A stretch of DNA of 60,939 nucleotides, the filler included, from Sphacelaria rigidula (Eukaryota), in NCBI GenBank assembly GCA_964200075.2. It is 5 parts of 5 records of this genome, joined end to end, with 100 filler letters (N's around TTAATTAATTAA, not from the genome) between each part and the next. Parts side by side here need not be neighbours in the genome. Positions count along the whole stretch, not along the records: positions 48,834 to 60,939 come from CAXNAA020004124.1; 4 more parts are not named here. The stretch is one strand, 5' to 3'. Below, piece after piece: positions 49,906-60,939 of this stretch (position 1 is the stretch's first letter; each line of letters opens with the position of its first letter). A program made the position numbers and the translations under genes. The notes under the pieces were generated by a model that had not been told where the DNA came from, ran no database searches, and saw nothing but the letters and a program-made list of their open reading frames with translations.

Positions 49906-51353
49906 AAAAGTGCACCTGCGTCCAAAACTCTTCAACGGCGAAAAAGAAAACACTGATATTTGTTTTTGTCACCGGTATAATGACCACTCATAGGCCATTT
50001 GATTGTGGTATACCTCTTTCGGTCCGTAAACAAAAAAACCAAGAATGAGTAGATCACGCAATCAACGACGCACCTAAACCTTTATTCAAGCGCATGGCAC
50101 CTGGATAGGTCCTTCAGCAAAATTTATATGCTGCCGATCTCTCCGAGCAAGCATAAAAGAAGGGCGATACATACCACTTTCCCGGCTTGTCCCCATTGTC
50201 TCACTGTAAAAGGACGACGAACAACCGACGGTGGACAAAACAAGACAAAAACAGGAAAGCTCTACCTAGCGCCCATGCGACCACGGCCTCTTGATTTATA
50301 TAAATATTTTCGATATTCATATTTCTGATCTAATGACATTATATCTTCAACAGTTACTCTGCCCGGGTAATGAATCTAACAGACAGTTTCTGCCCGGGCA
50401 ATGAACCTAACAAATCGCGAAACCCTTTTCTTCGTACGCAGCACACGCACACACGTAGTCACACGCGACCACACTAACAAGAAGCCCCCTGCGGGAAACA
50501 TGAGGCTACAAGACGCTGTCGAAGCATTTCAACACTTTTCCGTTTCCATCACCACTACCGTTTCCATTACTACATATCGGCGGTGGGAGCATCACAACAT
50601 CGCCTCTTCATGCAGCGCTCGCGAGATATTTTGCTGTGTTCTCGAGGAGCGCAAATAACAGAAGATGGGCACTTGGTTCAACCGTTCGCCGTTCGGAGAA
50701 CACCTAGAAATAAGTAGGTCCCAAATGGAACGTACCACCGTGCGTGTCTCATACCTTAGCCCCGCTTGTATAGGCAGCTACCTGGGTCTTGGTTTTCAAC
50801 GATCTCAAATCTTTACAATCCTTTTTGAAAAATGTTGCCCCGTATATTTACCTCAAGCGCGAAAGCTCTATTACCCTTTCAATGTTTCAAGTTTGCCCAA
50901 AACAGGACAACCCCCGCCAAACACATAGAAAAAACTTATCAGCCAAGATATACCGTACGCTTAAAAAAGCAAAAGCTACTCTCAACCAATTGATCTGACC
51001 CAACAAATTGAAAACAAAAGTCTTTAAAGTATGCAATAGTAAACAGTTGGAAATGCTCATCAGACATCAAGACCCTATCGATACATTGATCTAGTACGAT
51101 AGCATTCACCATACCAGGAAGATGTTCCCAAATCGATATGTTAGTTGTATTTATCTATGTAATAAGAGTTGCCGCAGTATCGATATTGCATCGCGCCGAT
51201 ATGATCTAGTTCATCCAGCCTTCAATATTACACCTGCGGGCCACACGCTGCTACCGTGTACTACAGTAAAAAGTAGGGATCATTCCGACCTGCTGGGTTG
51301 ACGGTATATGCCGCAACCAAGTAGCTGTACTCCATTCTGAATGAAGAAGTTGA

Positions 51354-51599
51354 GACACTTTCTACGATAGCCCCCCCCAAAGTGCCTGGTTTGTATAGGA
51401 AAAGTTTCACGTAAATCCAAACGGGAAAAGCCAAGCACAACGAGCAGCTGGGAATTTCCACGGTTGGGTTCGTTCTCGCCAATGTCGCCCATGTGAGGCG
51501 CTTCATGCAGCCTGAACCCAAACGTCAGGCGTTGTATGTCCATTTTTTCGTGACACTTTTGAGCTGGTTTTTTGGGGGGGGGCTACCGTAGGAAGTATC
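51354..51599. mobile_element. MITE, GACACTTTCTACGATAGCC family (reverse orientation)
   Basis: TIRs GACACTTTCTACGATAGCCCCCCCC / GGGGGGGCTACCGTAGGAAGTATC; 4-bp TSD TTGA. Confidence 0.85.
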
Positions 51600-53505
51600 T
51601 TGATCCAATCTACGCGATAACTACACTACCCGCAAATCTTAGACCATAGTTAAACCTAGTACTTTTATTCCGTCCTAGATCCAAGCAGCTGGTCGACCAC
51701 ACTAAGAAAAAGTGATTGCTGGTGTCACGTAATCCATGGTCCTTTACCACACCAAAGCTAACGAACTTATATAGCACCCTGACCTCGAGTAATTAGATCC
51801 AACAGTACACCCCGCCCGAGTAACAATTTTCCATCCTGAGACTAAATGGCAGGGTCCGTACCGTAAGTTCGGTCGGTGTAAGATAGTGTTTGGATATCCT
51901 GATTTGCCCGGTCTGTTGATGGTGTTCTTTTTGTTCCCCGAGCTTACCGTTTTACGGACGCAACCTCAGTCCCAACTAACCAACGAATGGGATCGACCCA
52001 ACGAATCCTCTCATCTTCTGACGGTCACACTCGGTGTGGACCTGCCATGGACAACGTGATGGTGGCTCTCCGTGCGTCATGGTACTTGTTGCTACATTTA
52101 AGAGATGCTGTATAAAGTACAATAGTACCATTCAGTAACCTTCTGAAACCAAAGTGTCAGAGTTGTTGTGTTGCATTAATGCTACTCCGCCACATCTACT
52201 TCGCTTCTTCCGACAGTGACATGGTAGTGGCGCAACGACCCGCGAGGGTGTATTTCATTCTGCCTTCTGATCAACTGCGTGGGTGATGTATATGTACATG
52301 TATCGTTTCACATTTTCCATCACTTTTGCCGAGTTTTTTCTGGCGGCAAGGCATGTTTTCCCGCGCTTTCTTTTGCAGCGCACTAGGAAGGCTCAGCGGT
52401 ACATTGCCGTTTAGGTTGGGTGTCATCTGATACCTGTGGCACGTGTTTTGGCTACCGAAAGCCGCTCAAACTGGCCCTCTTTCGCGGGGTGTCAATCCCG
52501 AACCACAAAAGCCTTTTCAAGATCATGGAAATTTTCTTCAAACAGGGTAACTTTTGGCGGGGTATTTTCCCCCCGTGTTTCACTTTGTCGCATTCTCGTT
52601 CATTTTGGAGCACGAACACGCAGGTTATGCCCCTAATGTCACGAGAACATGAGAGCGAAGCAGTTGAAAACAATTGAGCATTGCCTTGGCCTTAATGAGC
52701 AGCAAACACAAGACCGTGCAATGGGGCGTTGGCGAGTTGAACAAGGCAGAGCAGTACGGCAGCACAGCCATGTTTGGCCACAAAAACAATCCCCCTATTT
52801 TAAAAAAAGGCCTGGTGATGTGGAAGCCACAATGATGTACAAAGAATATGCCGAGAATGTTCCACGTATTTCAAATTTTCGGGAGTGCCTCCCGCTGTCA
52901 TGTCTTTGTGGCACGAGAGCCACTTCGCACTCTGGCACCTCGGAAATAGCACACATGTCCTCCGCCGGCGGTTCTGCCGTCGGCCTCCGTCTGAATTCAC
53001 TTACCTCCAAACGACATCCGATGACGCATGCGATATTTTGTACAGCCTTAGCTACTACTGTACATTGAGATACAACAGCCTCTCTTCACCATATATTTTC
53101 GACTCGCGTCACCTCCGGGAGGCCCGTACCAACCTCCCGAAGGGGAACCTTGTATCAAATATCATACCGATGTATGATCGTTTTCTATTGATATGCCATA
53201 CACGCTTCATGACGTGTGATATTCTCATCATATCGCGGGTATCTTGCCGATACGATGGGGAAAATATCAATACTATATCACATCATGCTCATTTCGGCGC
53301 CTGATGATCATACCTAACAACAGCATACTAACATACGAGCACACACGTACATATGTACAAGCGAGTGCCACGACCTACAGGGAAAATCAGTGTACACCAT
53401 CACCACTAGACAACAAATGGATAAACAGAGAGGGTACAAGAATACAAGAATAACACGAAATATTCAGCAATCTCTTGGAAAAAGAGATCTACTGCTTCCC
53501 ACTAA

Positions 53506-54080
53506 CTACCATGCTGCAGCCCCGAAACGCTCATCACGTGCCCTCTCTTTCCCGTCATTTGGGTCTCTCCAGCCCCCGCCCGCGAATCCCGCCACATCAA
53601 CAAAACCAGTAGCAGCAGCAGCAGCGACAGTAGCAGCAGCGGCAGCGTCAGTGGAAGCACTAGCACCAACTCCACTGCCCTCTCTCATTGCTCCCACGCC
53701 AGCCACGGCTCTTAGTCCAGTGGTCGCAAGCGCTTCAGGTCGACGTCTAACCCGCCCTCCTCTCGTTGTTGTTGTTGTTGTCGGTGCTGCCGCCGCCATC
53801 GCTGCCGCCGACGTGGCAGCCGCGGCAGCTCCTGCGTCTGTTCCTGTTGTCAATAACCCCCCACCCGGTCTCGGCACGCCAACATGATGGTCATAGTAAG
53901 GGTTCTGGTTGGCGAGGTGCCGATCGAACGAGTCCAGCACTAGTGCTGGGTATCGTTCATGACCACCAGCCCCCGTGGCGGCTGCGGAGGTGTCGGTGTT
54001 GGTGCAGGCGCTGATGGGATAAACGTTCGTAGTGACGGTCGTCGAGTTGGTGTTGGCGGTAGTAGCAGGAGCAGGAGCTT
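53506..54080 (-). CDS. IFT57-like gene, last exon (Ala/Thr/Gly-rich low-complexity tail)
   Basis: CAACAG acceptor in phase 1, matching the upstream exon. Open for ~190 codons to the stop at 53506. Confidence 0.6.
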
Positions 54081-56410
54081 CTGTTGCACGCCGCCCATTC
54101 AAACCATATATATATTTGTCCCGTTCAAAATAACGAGTGAAGGACAAGTAGCGCAGACGATTTTTTTTTGAGAGCGAGTAGGGCGAAGGGCAGGGGGCGG
54201 CGAACGGCGAGCGGCGGGCGAGGGAAGGGAGCGAAAAGGGCGTCATTCTTCTCAGTCCTGCTATTATCGAAACTGATTTTGCGGAGATCTCCTCATTTTC
54301 GGACATTTTGGGCGTCACGTTCAGACTTCTCCGAGAATAATGTAGTTTGATTTTCCCAAAGCTTCATTTTTGGGGAAACGCGAACAATTGGGAAGCTACA
54401 CTGTCTGTACGCCGTGACGCTCGCAATCGTTCGAGAGTCATCAGGAACTTCGTCAGGAACACCCTAGATTGCGTCGGAGAGTAAAACGCGCCGTGGATTG
54501 GCGAGAGTGGCGTCCTCAAGCCGGTGAAATCGAGCCAACGAGATCAGCACTGAGTCCATGATGAGAAAAATAACCGCAACGTACTCGACAAGATTGAGTC
54601 GTTTTGAGATCTCCAAAGCTTCAGGATCTCTTCAGAAAGCGTTCCTTCGATAATAATGGGTCTCAATCGGCTAGTCATGGCGACCTGATGGTGATAAAAT
54701 TGCTGAAGGTATTGGAAATATGTATCTGCACACGATGTGGCTGCATCGAGAAGGGTCATACACCCTCCGTCTTGCGCGAGGAAGGAGAGTACTCGAGGAG
54801 TAACGGAGGGTGCGGCTGTTGAGGACGACGTCATCGTCCAAGGCTTCAGAGGAAAACCTGAACGACACCGATGATACCGTGGGAAGATCGGAGCAAAACA
54901 GCATACCGTCGTTTTCATGGTCTGTTTTCCTCACAAATTCTGTCCAAGGACCCTTGGGGCTTTGGGAGGCAAATTCAGCTTTTTTCCGAGATCTGGTGCA
55001 ATTTCAGAGAGGGAGAAAGAGAGAGAGGGATGGGAGAGACATGTGCTCATATCTTGGGGTTGGATTCAAGTGTGTATGCCCAACGTAAGACGACGTACAA
55101 CAACGAAGAGAGGTGAAGATGATGGCCCATCGCAACTATGGAGGGTGCGAGTGAGACAGGGTGGAGGGAAACGCTCGGTTTTCTTTGCTGACGGGTGCTT
55201 TGACGTGCCTACAAAAGGCGAGAGGGTCACTCGACACCGGCACAAGCATGTGCGCATAACTCAACTTGTGCATACATTTGTACGACTTGAGGTTCAAGAA
55301 TTGATTTCACGATCCTCTCCCCCCGCCCCATCCTTCGCCCGCAACACACACGCACACCCACCCGCACCCCCCCCCTCCACACACACACCAATTTGAGTCG
55401 TGGTGGAGAGCCACCAAGTGACAAGGCAACGGCAATGAGCGGTACAGTAGCGAGCGGTACAGTAGCGAGGTATGCAGGTATAATGACCGGAGAGGGGGCC
55501 AATACCGCTGTAGGCGCAATGATCGAAGCGTTTCTTTCAGGGAAAGCGCTTTCTTCGGTCGTTCTCTGCGGAGTAGGGAGGAGCTACGGTTGGCCGACGG
55601 GAATCGTACCGTTACGTCAGTGACAGACGAATGGTCCATCCATTCTGTCGAGAAAGGGCGGTTCAGGATCCCAACAGCGCAACGCATGCAAATAGTATAC
55701 TAAATTGCTCTGTATAGGAAAAGTATGTCTATAATGTAAAGGATGGGATCTCACTAGTACTCGGCAAGAGCTGTCACAGATCGGTCTTACACTGAGTGTT
55801 CTAGATAAAGACAATATCGCAGGAGTGAGGAGTTGGGGGCAACAGAAAACCGGCATGTTATCATTAGGGGCGGTACGCGCAAACAAAATGAGCGGTGTAA
55901 ATCGGGTCTGTCATTGTTCGGCCGCGTTGGACACGGGCCGTGTTTGCACAAAGGACGATATACAGTGTATCTTCAAGACTGGAAAACCGTATTTATACTC
56001 GATGTATATGTGTAAGGGTAACGACTCTATTGTCTGTACACGCCCCACCGCCCTCACCATCACTCAAAACACTCTTGACTCTTCAGGCACGAGGCCTCCT
56101 TTCGGGACATCATCACTCGCGACTTCCACACCGGTGGCCTTGATAGCACAGGTAGCAGCTCCTTTCTGTCTGCAAGTACAACTCCCCGAATGGCAACAAA
56201 CGTACCGTATACCCCGAGGTATCCAACCATGGACACCTGTAGTATGGTTGAACCAAGCCACCAATTGAATCATTTTCTCATATCTTCAGCGGTCGATCTA
56301 AGTTCCATCGATCTGTGGTAGCACGCACCCAACGAGATGCGGAGAAAACCATGACCACGCAGATCTCCCATGAAAACAATCTTCATCGATATAAAAACAA
56401 AAACGCTCAC

Positions 56411-56582
56411 CTGCTCGTTTTGTTGCTTCCAACTCTTTTGCCAGCAGTATGGCCGACTCTGCTCCTATCAGAACATCCAGGTCCTTTACATCTGCCTTAA
56501 TGCGGTGAATCGCTGTTTTGGCGCCCCGCAACCGGCCGCAGGCGGATGTGTTGTCGATTGTCTCTCGCAAGTTAGCTTCCAC
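56411..56582 (-). CDS. IFT57: IFT57 (HIPPI)-like C-terminal coiled-coil exon
   Basis: ATAG/GTGAG boundaries, phase 0/1. VEANLRETIDNTSACGRLRGAKTAIHRIKADVKDLDVLIGAESAILLAKEL aligns without gaps to the IFT57 end (L...K.....K....MD.RIG.....LL). Alignment was by eye, from memory. Confidence 0.7.
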
Positions 56583-57149
56583 CTATTCTTGAAAGGGAGG
56601 GAGGGAGGGAAACGTTCCACCCTTCATTGCGGTATGCCCAAGTGTCCTATATTCTTGGAATTTCAGAGTGACTGATAGAATTCAATTAATTGATGAACAA
56701 GGGGTGTGAGCGCAGACAACGTGCGGTCCAAATATGTTGTTTCCGGTTCATGACCGACTCGTTCGTCAAGCACAACAAGCAACCGTCTTAGTATCATCCA
56801 TTCCCATCTGTTGTTGGGGGGGAGAGGGGAGGGTGGCGTTTCGCCCACCGTTTCGGTATGCTCAGGTGTCCAATAGTCTCGGAGTCTTCAGAGTGGCCGA
56901 TGGCAACAACTTAGTTGTGAACGCAGATAAATGGTACGGTCCAATCATGCCCTTGTCGGCGAATGACCGACTCGTTCGTGAAGCATTACAAGCAACCGTC
57001 TGAGTATCCTTATCTTGGTCTATCATTGAAACTCTTCACGTCTAGTGATCACGTCACCCGTGCTGTCGTTCTCCCGGCGCTTAATACACACTCATGTATA
57101 GATATAGGTACATACATGGACGCTTCTCAGCCCAAAGCGACGGATATGG

Positions 57150-58885
57150 AGGGGGGAGGGGGGGGGGCGTACTCATTTGTTGCTTGCCTTAGTTGTTTGG
57201 CCATTGATCACGCAACCCTTTCGAGACGGAGCACCGTTCCTAGTCCTAGTAGAGATACCTCCAAAACTTCGGCGCTCATCGCGCTTCTTCCATACATTAC
57301 ACAGAAAACTTTTGCCCATCTTATCCCCGTCCTGTTTCGCCGTCTGTGGCCACCATCTATCTCCTAGTATACCCATTGTTTTCTCCCTACTGTTTTGTGC
57401 ATCAAACAATTCCATGCTCCCTTCGTTTACTTCCCGCACTTCCGCCTCTAGCACGTCTTGTTCCTTGTTGTATAGTTCACATTCTGCAACTATATGAGTT
57501 CTGCTCTCTATTGCTTTGCCACAGACGCAGTTCTGTCCATCTACTTCCTCCTCCACACGACGACTGGTAAATCTCTTTCTTCTTTCCGGCAGGTCCAGGT
57601 CCCCCACCCGAAATCGCAGTTTCAATTGTTTTCGCAGCGTCCATTGGACCATGCAGATATGCTTTCATAATATCCCCTCTCTCAACCCGCCGTATAACTT
57701 CAGGTGTCTTCCTCGCCTGATTTCCGTCTGAGCGCCCCCTTTCCCCTTACTTCTACAATGTCTCTCACTCTTGTTTTGTATTCCTCGCCTTCATCTATGG
57801 GCAGTATCTCGTCTTGTTTTTCTCCTATCTCTTTCCATACTTTCCCGACTCCTCTATCCGTCTTTATTCCAGCATGCCCTTTTGTCTTTTTCTTTCATAT
57901 AGCCCTGTCAGCTATGGCTGGCAATCTTTTTCCCTGCATGTTCTTTGCGCTCTATTGCCACTTCGATCTTCTCATGTCTCTGTTTATTGTAGGTGAATCC
58001 ATCCCCAATTCTGCTCTCAGTACTGTACTACTCGTCGTTATCGAGCATCCAAGTATTGGTCAGCTGCTGCAACCTGTACTGTTTTTAGCTTCGTCACCAA
58101 CCTCGCGTTCCCCTCCCGTACTTCTCCTGCATGCTCCAGCTTTAGTACAACCATATTCATCGGGATACATATCTTAATCCTAGTATCTAGGTGCGAGTAT
58201 CTGAGGATCACGCTCATCCTGCCGGCCTGTGTCTTTCCCTTTTCTATTCCTTCATTTATGTGTGCATCTCAAAAACTGGTTTTTGAGATCTCTACCCCAA
58301 GGTATGTTTACTGGTCTACGATCGACAGCTCCTCTTCTCCCCCACTTCCATTTGAACTCTACCGGGTTCTTATTATCTTATTTTCATGAAAGTACCGCGC
58401 ATTTGTTTACGTTCGCTGTCACTCGCCATTTCCTACCGTATGCTAGCGCCTTCTCTATTTGATTCTGTAACCGTTGTGTTCCTGAAATCCCAAAGAAATC
58501 ATCCTCGAACACCAATCCTGATACCGTATCTTCCCCCACCTTGACTCCTTGCTCTCCTACTTCTATTGCCATCATCAGATCATGAATAAACACTTTGAAT
58601 CAAGTGGGTGATAGCGTACATCCTTGTGCAACTCCTTGTAAAATATCAGAATATTGCGGTCTTTCCCCGCCTGGTATCACGGCACTTTTTCGCACATTCT
58701 GTCATCTTCACCATTCTCCACATCTTTCCTTTGATTCCAGTATCCCACATCTTTTTCCACGGCCCATTTCTCCATACTGTGTCAAAGGCCTTCGGTACGT
58801 CTAGAAGAAAACAGTACGTTGTCAGCCCGGCGTCTTTCCTACCTTGAATAATAATACCTAATGCGTACTCATGGTCTACGTAACT
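57150..58885 (-). mobile_element. Decayed LINE in an intron of the IFT57-like gene
   Basis: GLVFEDDFFG, LKLRFRVGDLDLPERRKRF and CVCGKAIESRTHIVAEC (CCHC-like); ends ATGAGTACG-oligo(C). Confidence 0.9.
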
Positions 58886-60033
58886 GCGGTTTGGTATGGA
58901 TAGGGGAGGTTGGGCAGGCTCACGGGTTTGGGGCGGTCGGGATACTGTGGGGTGCTTGGGGAAATGGCTTCTATATTCTCTCCCTGTTGAACTCGGGGGA
59001 GCTACTTCTCACCGGTTTTGGCGGCGTCTCTTTTTTATTTTTATTTTTGGTAATATGTCTTGTAAGGAATAGCAGGGACGCTATTGGAAAGGCGAGCCTA
59101 CGTCTGTGACCACGGGTTCGCGAGATCAGGCTAATGTGCGGAAATAATAATAATATTAATAATAATAAATAATAATAATAATAGTAACGACAAATGCAAC
59201 TACATAGAACAATGTTTTGGTGAGATTGAGAGTAGAGGATACGGTTAAGAGTGAATAGCGATCAATCAACGAAGAGATCGTTTCAGTTCCAAAATGCTCC
59301 TCCACGAGGCCCAATGTGCTTCCTGGAGTAGATTACCACTGAAGTCCTTGATATCCCTCAGTAGGATATCGACGTGTAGCTGTAAACACACGCCAGTGTG
59401 ACAGGCAACGAAAATCACACACAGAATGAAAAATTGGCGAAGTTAAAGCGAACAAAAAACCCACCCTCAATCAGCCCTCGACTCTCAACCTCGCGAAAAT
59501 GTTGTTGTAGTCTGTATCATCGTCCGTCAAATACACATTTGTTTTTTGTGCATTTTTGTCATTCAATACATATCATGCTGGTCTAACCTCCCCAACTCGA
59601 AAACACCGGTGATGACCTCTCAATACTCCTCTCTGCGCAACTGTCTCTCGACCGGAACGACGAGGGGGCGGGTTGGGGGGACAGTGGTGTGAGCTCTGGT
59701 AATTTTCAATGCTCTCGTACAATCTATACCCCTTATCCAGTGAAGGAGGGAGGGCGCCTTCAGGGGGGCGTATGAAGTCGCTATTCCAATATAGATGACT
59801 ACGCTGCCATCGTTCACATATTATAGGTGACTGCACTTCGCAGTCGCTAGTCTGAATACGTGCCGGTCTCTCGTCCTCTCAAACATGGAAAAAGACAAGC
59901 TCCGACTCTGTGGCCAAGCCGAACTGCGCAATATGCATACGAGAAGTGTACTTAAAAAAAAACATGCAGATTCATTGACACATCACCACGCGTATATCTT
60001 CTTTTTGCTATGGTATGTAGGGTCCTAACTCGC

Positions 60034-60147
60034 CTCCTGTAGGGCTCCATCGAGACTGTCTAAGTCGTTTGTTCGTTCCGCGACGAAGTTTTGTCTCTGC
60101 TCCAGTTGATCTCGCGTTAACTTCTGCCGTGCTTCAAGGGCGAGAGC
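60034..60147 (-). CDS. IFT57: IFT57-like exon with a GC donor
   Basis: CCTAG acceptor, AG|GCGAGT donor, phase 0/0. ALALEARQKLTRDQLEQRQNFVAERTNDLDSLDGALQE resembles IFT57 V.ERT..L......L. Confidence 0.65.
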
Positions 60148-60867
60148 CTAGGTGAAGCAAAGCAAAAGCAGGATCAGTGTAAGTGGGGAAAGTGTATTCG
60201 ATTAAAAAACAAAACAATCAGGCACTTTGAGGTATGCTAGGCACTTTTTGGACAGTTCAGGTACGTCTCCGGGAGGAATATAAACTGCGCCGAATGCGGC
60301 CAACTAAGTGGCCGAGACTGCAGGATATCTGATCACGACTGCAAACCACCCAAAAGGTGTAGCTTAAATTGTATACAAATATCCTCCCCCTCAGCCTATA
60401 CCTTAGCCTCAAAGAAAGTCGCAAGGGACAGGTGAAGGAGTTTTTACTAGACGAATGCGACAACAAATCCCGTATATGCAAAGAGCCATTTTTGCTGCCT
60501 CTCGCATTCATGTGACCACGGCTGGGTCTTTGGGGGATGAGTTAAAGTGCGACAGTCAACCGGTCAATCCATCAAATCAATCAATCAATGTTCGCCACGC
60601 GGATTTCGTGCTCCACAAAAATGCGTCAACGGAATTTCACTCCGGTGGCACTCCGGAACCGATGCCTACCTGTACAATGACCCCAAGTGACACTCGATAA
60701 CAGGCGTAATTTACGACGCTTCGGTGTGCTGCACTTCTAACCGTACTGCACGTATGTTCAAGCTGTGGCGCATGAAGCGCGACGATGGCGGTTAAGACAC
60801 GCACACGACCCGTGCTACGCGCGACGCACAGGAGCATGATCAACGCTATCCGTCATGTTCGCCTACT

Positions 60868-60939
60868 AGGGGGGGTGTACTCATGATCATGCATGCCATA
60901 GTCATGAGACCATAGACCTCGCATCCCTACAAAGCCGGG
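60868..60939 (-). mobile_element. Second retroelement family 3' end at contig edge
   Basis: GGGGGGGGTGTACTCATGATCATGCATGCCATAGTCATGAGACC... Confidence 0.7.

Noticed and set aside
60260..60330. RDQISCSLGHLV as a further IFT57-like exon
   Set aside because: There is a slight resemblance, but no convincing in-phase donor.
60890..60939. The end of contig 5 overlaps the start of contig 4 by ~50 nt
   Set aside because: It is a multi-copy retroelement end with a mismatch, so it gives no evidence of a true join.

Overview
Eukaryotic, intron-rich, transposon-saturated DNA, most consistent with a brown alga (Phaeophyceae). That assignment is inferred from short exons in long TE-filled introns, TTAGGG-type repeats and the repeat style; it is not proven. 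The window is NOT one locus. It is five unrelated contigs of decreasing size (1-12110, 12211-24319, 24420-36526, 36627-48733, 48834-60939; 12110/12109/12107/12107/12106 nt) joined by artificial 100-nt N44-TTAATTAATTAA-N44 linkers. By reading splice sites and exon phases I reconstructed four partial genes: (1) a PLAC8-domain protein with a long Gly/Gln/Tyr heptad-repeat tail (+); (2) a PH-domain protein (-, 4 phase-compatible exons); (3) the 3' six exons of COP9 signalosome subunit 4 (+); (4) a divergent IFT57-like gene with a GC-AG intron and a long low-complexity C-terminal extension (-). The rest is decayed LINEs, a Copia RT/RNase H relic, a tRNA-derived SINE, several MITE families (P-like, piggyBac-like, a 4-bp-TSD family, Harbinger-like and telomere-repeat-bearing foldbacks) and minisatellites. 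The most interesting leads are two retroelement families sharing an ATGAGTAC(A/G)-oligo(C) 3' end, with one insertion caught in an oligo-G tract with a target-site duplication; the divergent IFT57-like gene; telomere-repeat foldback elements; and a ~480-nt intronic hairpin. I see no evidence for a novel multi-gene system, CRISPR array or rRNA. Most ORFs in the supplied track are spurious.
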